Assembly (NCBI GenBank): GCA_000708835.1
Contig: DF237066.1
Span: forward strand, 124,001-188,000
Direction: 5' to 3'
DNA length: 64,000 bases
From: Klebsormidium nitens
Taxonomy: Eukaryota; Plantae; Klebsormidiophyceae
Positions within the stretch are counted from its first letter, which is position 1. Every line of letters starts with the position of its first letter. Made by a program: the position numbers and the translations under genes. The notes beneath the pieces are model-generated. The model was not told the origin of the DNA and did not search any database. It saw only the letters and a list, made by a program, of their open reading frames with translations. Of the stretch, positions 1-10,200 are shown one piece after another.

Positions 1-294
1 CCTATACATTTCCCTTGTGAATATTCTGTGGTACTTTTCGAAATTCGCCCCGATAACCTAACACGGGAACCACCGGGATTCTGATGTATTTATTATCCAT
101 GTCCGCTGGATCCATCCTCGGTGGATCAATCCGGTCATTTTACTTCAATTGTGCATTATTTGTATCACCTGCCTTTCTGAAGAAAATGAATGAGAGGAGA
201 TGATCGTATAGCGGCGCAAAGTTTCTGAATCTCAGCGACTGCAGAACTCAGAGTCAAGGAAGTCGTGAGGAGTTGCAACAGAGGTGGAAAGCCA

Positions 295-1590
295 ATGCAG
301 AAGGAGCGCCATGGCGACGCCTGCGAGCACCCCAAAGACGGGTGTCCGTTTGACAAGCTGTCACATGAGCTTCTAGCAGACATTTTAGAAGGTGCCTGTG
401 AAGACCATGAGCTCAGCACTGGTAGGAGTTTTCGCTTTCCATTGTCCAGCAGGGGACATGGGTTGTAGCCCGGAGTTTTGACTCAGATGACCATAGTCTG
501 CCAACGCTTCAGGGGGCTGCATCTGCAAGGGATGTTCAAGCACGTGATTCGAAAGTGCAACCAGGCTGAACTGTTGGCAGCACACGCCATACCCCAGACT
601 ACAGACCACACAAGGGGCCGAGCCTTGCTCTAGAGAGCTAGAGTTTGGCGCTGGATGTATCCTTGAAGGTGGCAAGTTTGTAAGGGAGACACGGCGGCAC
701 GGAAGTGTGTCAATTGAGCTACTTTCGGCAATCCTGGGAAAGTCACCAATCTCAAGGCCTTCAAAGTTGAGGAGTCCCTGAGGCGTCGCAGCACCTTTTA
801 GGGCTTCTTGCTCGGCTGGCCTTGGAAAGCCTCTGGTTCATCGATTCTGGCTTTGATTTTGTGGAACATCTGTCAGTCAGTGTTCTGTTCAAGCAACTGC
901 AGGATTGCCGATTGGAATCAGAAAATCGCTTGAAACGTCTTGCGGATTTCGGATGCATTTCTCTGTTCATTGTTGGCCCCCAAAGCTGAAGACCTTGCAA
1001 TTACAAGGTTGCGAGGGTCTGAATGAGCCAACTTTCAAGTCCTCAAGTCTTGAGTTGCTGACTCTGTGGGCGATTGAGATTCTTAGTAAGAGAATGACAG
1101 TTGACCCGTCGCGCTTGGCAACTCTGGAGGGGGTGCAGGTAACCTTGAGACTTTGATATTACGGACTTCCAAGCTGGCGACGCTCAGCATTGGAATGACA
1201 GGCCATATGGATACCCTGGACTGCGAGGTGAGGTTGTCTTATCTGTCCCTAAGTAGGAGCAACTGGCAAATGCTAAGTAACAAGTACAGCACCTGCTAAG
1301 CAGATTCGGAGCCTCCAAGGAGTTCTGCGGCCCCATTGGAAAATGGCACTGGAAGAGAGCGAGCCGGCACACCTTTCAGCTTTCTTTGAGAAGGTCTCCA
1401 CGACAGTCTCACGGCTGTTTCTTGGCAGTGTCATGGAACAGCTTAGACTGTCAGAAGAGTGCGACGACAGACTCTCAGCGGCTCCCGTTTGCATGAGTCC
1501 CTTGAGCATCTCAGCCTCTCCCTGACCGACACCGACGATTTTGATAGCATTCGGCTATGATTTTGCGGTCAAGCCCTAATGTGGATATAG
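295..1590 (+). pseudogene. Decayed F-box/LRR gene, paralog of the intact gene at 44528-45973
   Basis: CPFDKLSHELLADILEGACE matches CPFDTLSQELVTLILRKACE of the intact copy. In-frame TAG at 466-468, then QMTIVCQRFRGL (vs QLKTVCRRFQNL). PKLKTLQLQGCEGLNEPTFKSSSLELL (905-1156) matches PKLKKLCLEHCQGLEEPRFKAPSLQKL. 1343-1525 matches the C-terminal part. Pieces lie in different frames with several stops. 3' end approximate. Confidence 0.75.
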
Positions 1591-4500
1591 TGTACAAGTA
1601 TGTATGTGGGACCTGGAACGGCCAATCTATGGCCTGATAGCAGTTCATTCCTTAGTCTGCAAAGAGACTTCCCCCACATTTGCTTTAGGTACATGGAGCC
1701 CAGCCAGTTTGTTTCGGCAGCACACCTTGATAAGGCAGCAAGGTCACCAGAAGTTAGCGAGAAGCGCTCCTATGTGACGTAAGAGGTGCTTATTGGGACC
1801 ATTAAAATGCTAACTAGTTGTAGGTCAAGAATTTTCAAGGCCTTACAAGGCCTTTCGAATACAAGTTTCTGTTATTGATCAATACCTCAGTGAATTCTCT
1901 GAATGGTGTCCATGGCGCGTATGAGTCCATTCACCAAATAGTGTTCGATTTTATTATGGCTGTATCTCAGGACCCTCCCATGACATTGTAACTTGCACGA
2001 TTAAATGGACAGTGCGTTAGGCTTAATTTCAATGCCTGGGGTGTAGCGAACCCCTCCGTTATATATTATGGGCGGCAGGCCTGCACATAATAAAAATCGA
2101 CTACGCTGAATTGCCACACAAGTTGCTTGATGCCCGGCCTTGTCGGTCCATTTTAATGAGCACGCTTGAGTTTTTGGATTAGGCCTTTGAAAAGGATTGT
2201 GCGCCATCGACCTTTAAAATCCATGAAGTCAACGAATACTAAGCCCCACATGTGATGCCTCAGTGGTACGGGATGTATGTGTTAGCGTATACCAGGTAAT
2301 GTTTTACTGTAGTATTATTGACCGAGTTTCCGCGGAGTTCCGCGGTATGGTAGATATAAGCGCGTTCCAGTACAATTGGCCCGTTTGGACGTGGCGGTAT
2401 GTCCCGATTCTACGCATTGAATCTAGACCTCAAATGTTGGATGCGCCCAACCTGCAATTTGGAAATTTGCAATGGAGTTCGTTCAATCAGAGGTTGTTTC
2501 CAACTTATGCGGTAGCTTGAATCGTTTATGCTAAAACACGCGCAAATCTTTTGCAAATTAGATGCAGTGGCTGTCATGGCTGAGACGGCCACTGCTCCTC
2601 TGCGCATCCCTTTTAAAATTACTAGAGTTGTGTAGTGCGCCAAGGCATGCAACGTTCCAACCCGGGCCGTTCCAATTGGTATTATGCAAGAACATGTATA
2701 CATGCCATGTATACATGCCAGCTTCCAGCGAGTATACGACCATGTGGGCATACTAGTAATACTTGCGAATGTGACAGTGGACGGTACCACACGTACTATA
2801 TTAAACTAATAGAACATCAGCGTTAGTGTCAGTCTGTAGTACGTGACATACATCATGCACATGAACATGCAACTTGTGTACTTGCATATATGCAAATAAT
2901 AGCATATAGCTCTTGAGTCCCACCTTGCCATCACCAGCTTGATAATGGGAATTCAGCCGTTCGGGTATGCGGCTACCATTGAACATGAGCAGCAAAGTGG
3001 CAACTTAGGGCAGTGTGGGCGACACTACAATATTTTGACTACTAAGCTTCTAATCGTCAAAACGCCCACACAATACTGCGACACTGCTATATAACTAAAC
3101 CACTAGCAGGATTCCTCGGCCACATGTTTCCTCGGCCAGTCTGCCAGTGTCCTCGGCGCTTTCTTTCTTGTATACACATAACCAGCAAATGATCATCGGA
3201 CGCAGTTTTGAGGCCCACGAAGTGACCATCACCACGTCGGATCCTTCTTGAAGTTCGCCAACAAGAGTCACACGGTACACCGGCTGCTCCGCACTAGTAG
3301 TACCTGCTAGCTTAAATGTATCTTCGTATCTTCAAGTCCTCTTCGAGTAATAAAGTTAGGTTCCACATAACACACATGATAACATAGATGCTCTGACTTA
3401 TGTCTTGTGTGCCATAAACATGCCATAAAGGCAGCCAGAGGATGCAGCATGTGACTAAGAGCGATTGAATACACAAGCAGCTGGCTTACGCGCCGTCCAG
3501 GCGCCTAAGAGCCTAGCCATACAGCGACGATGGTCTCTTTTCGTACTCGCCGTAGCCAAATTGGCCATAGGCTTCTCATGGCATACATGTATGAGTTGTG
3601 TGTGTCTTGATCTTAGAGCTGCTATATCTTGGGCTATGCTCGACTCTACCAGCTATGATCTAAGTACTATCGACTCGACATTGACGTGCAGGGCGTCGAC
3701 CGGAATGCCGGGTGAGCGCTCCTCTTGCGGTCCTCGGACCAATGAGAACGCTTCAAACAAGATTGAGAAGATAAGTATGGACCTGGTACAGGATTTCAGC
3801 TGGAGCCACAGTGTACAAAGCTGTACGCAAACAGGACGCAAACCGTAGATGAAAAGCTGGCCAGCCTGGCACTCTTGCACTCTTAGAGTCGGATCTTAGA
3901 GTAATCCGGTCACAAATTACCTACAAGGTTCAGTATCCTGATCAGGGCCCGGTGGCCCACACTAGGCCACGTCCTTCCACGTGGAAGACTCACCTTGGTC
4001 CCCAGCCCATGTCGAGTTCGCGACAGGCTCTGGATTACGGATGTGTACGAGCTGGGTCATGTCTTCATCATCATGACGTCAATACATACGTCCCCGACGT
4101 ATGCGGCTGCCCGCCCGGAACTGGACTCTGTACGTGTAACTACGTACTACCTATCCTATGTTGCGTGCTGCTTGCGGAAAGTCAACGAGCCTTGCCGGAA
4201 TCGTACTGAAGCGTACTTGTTTGCTGCAGAGCTACTAACTCACGGAGGCTCTTACTGGTCCTTCCCACTCTTGTCAGAATCTAAACTCAGTAGTAGTCAG
4301 TACTAGTCAGTAGGTCGTACCGTCGCACCGGTGTGCGTTATCATACCCGGATCCAGCCGCGATTCCAGGGAGTCATAAACAAGCGCACTGTGCACTGTGC
4401 ACACAGCTGCACGGGCCACTGTACATGTACACGATCCAGTGCTCACTCGGTCCACTGGGTACATCAGTCTGAAATTAAAGTGAGGCGGAAAACCGCCGCC

Positions 4501-4710
4501 TTGAACACTGAAGTAATACTAGGTAGTGACTAGTACTAGGTAGTAGAGGCACTTTGCGAACAGATTAGGTAGTCGTATCCAAAAGCTGAGCGGTCGTTCA
4601 AAAGGTGCGGCACTAATTGAAGCTCCGGAGGGCTCCGCAAACTCCCCACAAGCCCCGTCGGTTTTGGGGCGCGCCCATTCGCAACTTGAATTTGAGAGCA
4701 GGCAAGAATA

Positions 4711-6150
4711 ATGGCGGCCTGGCCTTGGCAAGCTAAGCCCGGGATCCACCAAAAGCTGGCATGGTGCGCATGGCTGACCATCATGGCGTTCTTCGCCATT
4801 GCCTCGCTGGCGACGTTCTGGACCGCGGTAAGGCAGCGGGCGCGGCCGGTGAGGGTCACCTTCTTTGATCGCAAGGAGCAGCTCTACTTGCCTGACGTCC
4901 AAATCTGCCTTCTGGACGGCAATCGGGGAGAACCTGAAGGTGACCTCACTTCGCAGAATAGATTGAGTGAGGCGCTGCCGGGGGACTATGTGCTGGACGC
5001 CGTTGGCAGGGCCCGTTTATTGGCTGATAAGAAGCCACTGCCCCAAACATATAACATCACCATAAAGACATTGCTGGCGGGAGTAGGCGTCGACCCTGAT
5101 GCTGATCCTAGCAACAAGACCGCTGAGCTTTATTATTCGAATTTTTGTGACCCAGATGTCACCACCCGGGTTCGGAGCCGATTTGTGGAAACGGACGAAA
5201 TTTGGGAAGACCATCGGGGCTTTGAGTATATGACCAAAGCAGATGAGAACCTTTGGGATCTCAGTCCGAATAAGACCATTCCCTACTTCTATAGCCTCCC
5301 CCGCGATAGCAACGACCTTCCAAGGAAATCCAAACTGGATTACACAAGCCAGGAATTTGCAGTTGTCCTTTCACAGGCTTCACCGGACGAAAACCAGACG
5401 GGGTATTTATCTCCATTTGGAGTTCTGGAAGGAGACAACTCCAACCAAGGATCCATTTCAGGGGTGGTCATTGGAGCATTTCCATATACTGCCTGTATGA
5501 CATTCTTCGTGTCCCTATGCCCAAAACAGCGGCAAGACATTCTGTCACGGGCAGGTGCTCCTATTGTTCTCTCCTTGAACGGCACTGGCCCTAACTTCAA
5601 ATATTTTGGGGTCTCCATTGGTCAGCACGACTATGGCGCTCCTCTTTATGCTGACGGCCTTGACATTGTTTACCAGAAGGCAAATTTGAACTCAACCCTG
5701 AATTTGGTAGTCACCCCTCGTTACAACAAGCCTATCTTGAGCCTCTTCCAGTTGCTCAGAATCGAGAAGCTGCCAGTGTTCAGCTGGTATTCATACAGCC
5801 TGGGTTCGGTCCTACCGACTTCAAATCAGGGGCAGCCATCTAGGCCGGGAAACGAGACAATCAATTTCACTTTTACTCTCGAAATCTCGCTCTCAAGTAA
5901 AGGAGTCGAGCATGTAGTGGCGCAAGAACCCCTTTTCGGAGTCTTTGGCACCATTGGAGGTCTGTGGACCTATGTTCCCCTGCTCTTCGGTCTTCTCTAT
6001 GCTGCCACGCCCAGTGAATTGCAGCCTACATGGGCCTGGGAGAAGGCAGCCTGTTTGGTCCCCTCCCGTTGCCGGAAGGTGCTTGGGAAAGCGAAGGAAG
6101 AAACAGACGTCGGGAAAGCGGAGGGCACACCAGGGCCGGAGAAGGTTTGA
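4711..6150 (+). CDS. Intronless 479-aa two-TM membrane protein with large glycosylated ectodomain (DEG/ENaC/PAC-like topology)
   Basis: Single long ATG-started ORF. TM1 at about aa 16-38 is followed by LYLPDVQIC. At least seven N-x-S/T sequons in the loop. TM2 is preceded by VEHVVAQEPLFGVFGTIGGLW. Paralog at 17488-18558. The ORF is secure; the channel-family label is inference. Confidence 0.85.
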   Translation: MAAWPWQAKPGIHQKLAWCAWLTIMAFFAIASLATFWTAVRQRARPVRVTFFDRKEQLYLPDVQICLLDGNRGEPEGDLTSQNRLSEALPGDYVLDAVGRARLLADKKPLPQTYNITIKTLLAGVGVDPDADPSNKTAELYYSNFCDPDVTTRVRSRFVETDEIWEDHRGFEYMTKADENLWDLSPNKTIPYFYSLPRDSNDLPRKSKLDYTSQEFAVVLSQASPDENQTGYLSPFGVLEGDNSNQGSISGVVIGAFPYTACMTFFVSLCPKQRQDILSRAGAPIVLSLNGTGPNFKYFGVSIGQHDYGAPLYADGLDIVYQKANLNSTLNLVVTPRYNKPILSLFQLLRIEKLPVFSWYSYSLGSVLPTSNQGQPSRPGNETINFTFTLEISLSSKGVEHVVAQEPLFGVFGTIGGLWTYVPLLFGLLYAATPSELQPTWAWEKAACLVPSRCRKVLGKAKEETDVGKAEGTPGPEKV

Positions 6151-7732
6151 AGCTTCGTTCTTGGGACCGGGTTTACATGTACTAAGGTGAGAAACCTGAT
6201 TGATCTCCGGGATTTGGGAATTGTGAGATTGTGAGTCTGGAAGGTATCAAAGCTTTCCTTTGGCAGGTCCTGTGGCAGTTTGCTTGCAAAGCTCTTGGTT
6301 TTGGTAAAAGCAGGGACTTGGTGGTTGGTTCCTGCTGAAATTGCTGAGGTCAGGCACAAGATTTCTTCTTTTGGGTTTAAAAGAGGGCTACGTATTTTAG
6401 GTCAGAAAGTGACATGTGAATGGGCAGTAGAAGTCGTAGCCGGCGCCGTCCACTTGATGATAGTAAGTCTTTAACTAAAAAGTCGTGTGCCTCGATCACA
6501 TGCAAGATAAAGTGTCAAGCTTTTCTCCCTCTGTAGGGAAGACTGCGTTTCTCGTCAGCCTTATTTTCAAGAGCCTACCAGAATCTTCAAATGAAGACGT
6601 CAGGCCAAGAGTTCTGTCATCAAAAATAAGATCTGTAGATTTGACATCATTTCAAACCCTTCTCGCTATTGATCGACGGCTTCGATGAGTCGTTTAGTTG
6701 ACTCCCCACAAGCGAGTTGGTGCGTGTAAGATTTCGAGAGTGGGGACCAGAATCCAGCAGTGTGCCTTGGTTGGAAAGCTGAAACTGCAAACGAAAAGCA
6801 GGACCTATGAGTGAACGGCTTTTCTTGACGTACTAAGAATATCCCCCAGATTACCAACCACTTAACATCCTCTTTGCGGCAAAAGCTTGACTCTGAACAC
6901 AGCTCAGCGACTCTCTTTGTCCTGCAGGGACCTGGATGTTTATCATGGAAGGAAAGAGCAGTCGTTGCGTCAAAAGTTGTACGATTTGGATATCGACCTA
7001 GTAGGGCCCAGACTTGATGGCACTTGCCGGGCTCCATTATGTACACCTAGTAGCTGAACAGAAGTACGTCTGGTATTTGGATTGCTATTAGCGTCAAAAA
7101 TTCGTTTGGTAGGCCGAAGTGTAAGTTGCTCGGCCAGGATACAGTTCATGTAGAAAAGTCCAGACTTAATTTCTAGGTAGTATGTGTTGTATGTTCTCTT
7201 GAAAGAGGCGACAACTGTTCTTTTACCTTCTTCTGCGAGTTTCGAACAACTTTTAGAATGTCAGAATGGTTTGGCTTGTAGGACGACCTTTCTCACTAAT
7301 GACCAACCGGTTGAAAAAGCACGTGGGCACACTAGCTTAATAGTCAGGGTGATAAGCTTTTAGAAAATCACAGGATTATGTAGCACGATTCGCTCTGTTT
7401 GCTAGGTGCCAGTGGCAATGCACGTGGTAGAATAGAACCGTCGTGTTAATAGATTGTACTAGTTGAAACCTACTAGTTTGATTTTACAAGGATACCTCCC
7501 TGCAAGACTTCCAATGTGATAAAACAATGTTTGCTAGCTAGCCTAATTTCACTTGCTGCCAGGCGGCACTCCACACGGCGGAGCTTCTTACGTTCTGCAA
7601 CTTTCGGTCAATAATGGAGTTTCAGCTCATGTCGCATATGATCGCTGCAAAAGTTGTATATACTCAAATGACTTCACATGCTTGTTTGATTCATGCTTGC
7701 TGATGTCAGATAAGTGTCCGCTGAGACGATTG

Positions 7733-7780
7733 AAACTCATGATTGTTCTGCTGTTAAAACTCGTGATTGTTCTGCTGTTA
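7733..7780. repeat. 24-bp tandem duplication
   Basis: aaactcatgattgttctgctgtta / aaactcgtgattgttctgctgtta, one mismatch. Confidence 0.9.
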
Positions 7781-8912
7781 ATAAGACCTTCAGATCTCCG
7801 GTCTCGTCTGCACGACCCACTTTTGTCGTTGCTGTCCATGACGTCACTGTTGGCGCCCACCAGTCTGTGTCGCCGAAAACGCCCATGCCGGCATAACCCG
7901 GACCCAGGCGTCTCGGCGACCGGCCAGCGACAGCCATGTTCGTTCTGGCTATCGTTGGCTGCCCTGAATCCATTTACGCTGTACGTCCCGTGCACTGGAC
8001 TCTCCTTTGTCCTTTCCGAGGACGTCCAAGACAGTGCTGCATTGCCGAAAAATTGGAGCCCTAGTCCCACCTGATGCAAATTCGTGGGGTGGTACGAACA
8101 GAGCACGTCAAAGCTCTGACGCCCTCACATGGCTCTCGGTTTAGCGCATGAAGATTTGCACTTCAGAAGGTTCTCTTTCCTGGAGCCAAGTTTTCCGAAA
8201 CCGAGACTGGTGAGTAGGTGAAGGCCACAATGCTGTGCCGCTGACTGGACTCCCCGGACGTCATGCACACAGGAAGGTTTGGCCGCTATTCAGGTTCGAT
8301 AACCAGACTTTAGTCTGGTTCTTTGACCAATAACCGCTTTATAGCCATGTTCATAACCAAGTTACTGCTTGAGTCTGGTCATTGGACAATCAACCAGCTT
8401 CGAACCAGCCCGTAACCGACTATGGTTATTCGCCGAAAAACCCTGTGCCACTCGGTTTGCTGCTTGCATTCTTCCTTGGGCCGGTGGACAGGAGCAGGGC
8501 CGATGTATACCTGCCGCAATCATGAGGACTCAATCGAAGTCGCTGATAAGGACGAGACGCCGCACGCTCACCGCACATTGAGGTCGTCGACTGCAGGATG
8601 CAGTCACTTGGTTTGCAGAGCTGCATAAGAAGCCTGCCAGTGATCGCAGAACAGTAAGTGTTAGGCTCGCGTGAAAGCGTCACGTCCGCGCGGCCGGCTA
8701 TTCAGGAACTGCGTTTTCCGGTTGCGCTTCGGGATAAAAGGTCGTTGACTTTTCGCAGCTTGCAGGGCGCAGCACTGCGGGTTACATACAGACCCGGGCC
8801 GGGACAGGATACGAGCAATCATGTGACGTATGCCTGGGCGTCGTGATGCAGTGGCTCAGTTAACCGCAATTGGCTTTACGTTTAGAGCAAAGTTCTTTCG
8901 TGTAGCTACTAC

Positions 8913-9248
8913 TATGATAAGCTCCGCATAAGAAGAATGATGTTAACACTAAAAACCTGAATCCAACATACACCTGCTGCTCCACACCCAGCTCGCCATA
9001 ACTCTCAAGAAAGATAATAATAAGCCACGATAATAATAAGCTCCGGCTAACACTGAAATCCGTAACCTTAAAAGATACCTGCTCCGCACCCGTACCCACC
9101 CTAACCACCAAGCTAACCCTACCCGTCTACCCGTCCCAGGGCTGTTACCTTATTATTATCTCGGCTTACTATTATCTTTCTTGAGTTTCATCAGCTCGCC
9201 CCCTACCTATCACGAGCCGTCTCAGTAATACAATCTGAGCTGATCATA
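8913..9248. mobile_element. Possible older MITE hosting the 8998-9191 element
   Basis: 12-bp inverted ends (tatgataagctc / gagctgatcata, 11/12). Internal ctaaaaacct...cacc segment resembles the core of the 53866 MITE. No TSD found. Confidence 0.3.
8998..9191. mobile_element. 194-bp MITE with ~43-bp TIRs and 9-bp TSD (Mutator-like by TSD length)
   Basis: TIRs ataactctcaagaaagataataataagccacgataataataag and cttattattatctcggcttactattatctttcttgagtttcat. TSD cagctcgcc at 8989-8997 and 9192-9200. Confidence 0.75.
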
Positions 9249-9250
9249 AA

Positions 9251-10200
9251 TTGGACATAGACCAGTCTATGGAGCGGGCAGGGACGATCCCCCCGGGTGG
9301 ACCCCGCAGCAAATCAAGTTCTGCGACGGCCGGCAAAAGAGTGCCTTCGGCGCCCTCAGCCGGGTCGCCTTTACTATGGGGCACATTCGTGCGCCTGGTT
9401 TGGTGTGATCGTCGTGCTAAACACAAAGTGTTGACACAGGGCTTTTGAAAACCTGGCATTGTATTGATTGAATTAGAGCTCTTGTGCGGGAATACAAGTG
9501 ACGGACAGGTGACTTTGAAGTGCAATGTCACGCGTGTTCGTGCACACTTCTTAGGTTCCGCCGTTGTAATTCGTAAGAAAATACGGTGCGAAGTCCAGAC
9601 AGAGGACCATCCGACCATATTACGAAGCCGGTTCCCGCTGAGAGACGTACGAAGGCGCAGTGCCGAATACAGGCACCGTTACTCCGGGTCTACAGTGATT
9701 CATGTATTGCTCTGACTCTTTCCATACAGCGAATCCTTGTCCAGATAAGATCAGAATTTGATCCAACCCGTCCCGAGCTGCTCGAGTCAGCGCTTTCAGT
9801 CTCTGTTCAAGGAGTACAACAAGAGGTATCCGGAGTCAAATGAGGAATTCTGCAACGTAGCGAGTGAGGCCTCGGTCGGTGTGGATGCGACGTCCGCAAG
9901 TTCTCAAGCACTGAAACTGCCAGTGTTAAACGCCTTGCCTGAGACTTGGAATGAGCAGCGCTTCGGAAAAATGCTCACTTATGCTAATGCTCACAAGCGT
10001 CGCGCCAAATGCTTATCAAATGCGGGGATTCAGGTTAAGATTCCGTGAAGTTGAACAACGTACGTACCCCGATGATTCCCGGCTGTTCTGAGACCGAGTG
10101 TTTGTGAATGGAGTGGGAACTGCTTCCTGGGTTCGAAGATTTCATGCTGCGCCCCGAAGCAGGATCTGGGTCGTCAAAGGTTGAGAATTCGGTTAGTAAA
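9251..10200 (+). pseudogene. Unidentified stop-disrupted, apparently spliced coding relic
   Basis: Protein-like segments (GHRPVYGAGRDDPPGWTPQQIKFCDGRQK; RFQSLFKEYNKRYPESNEEFCN; TWNEQRFGKMLTYANAHKRRAKC) bounded by plausible splice sites, with in-frame TAA/TGA. No family recognised. Confidence 0.3.

Noticed and set aside
4480-4540. Hairpin ggcggaaaaccgcc followed by CTAG motifs as a Helitron 3' end
   Set aside because: Stem is only 5-6 bp, spacing to CTAG is atypical and no matching 5' TC end was identified.
6480-8700. Possible spliced minus-strand gene (fragments such as LGPGYAGMGVFGDTDWW, VYIGPAPVHRPKEE)
   Set aside because: I could not build a consistent exon chain or recognise a family. 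A translated search is needed.
9870-9900. VGVD motif as RuvC-I of a TnpB/Fanzor
   Set aside because: No downstream RuvC-II/III or zinc-finger pattern, and the segment may be intronic.
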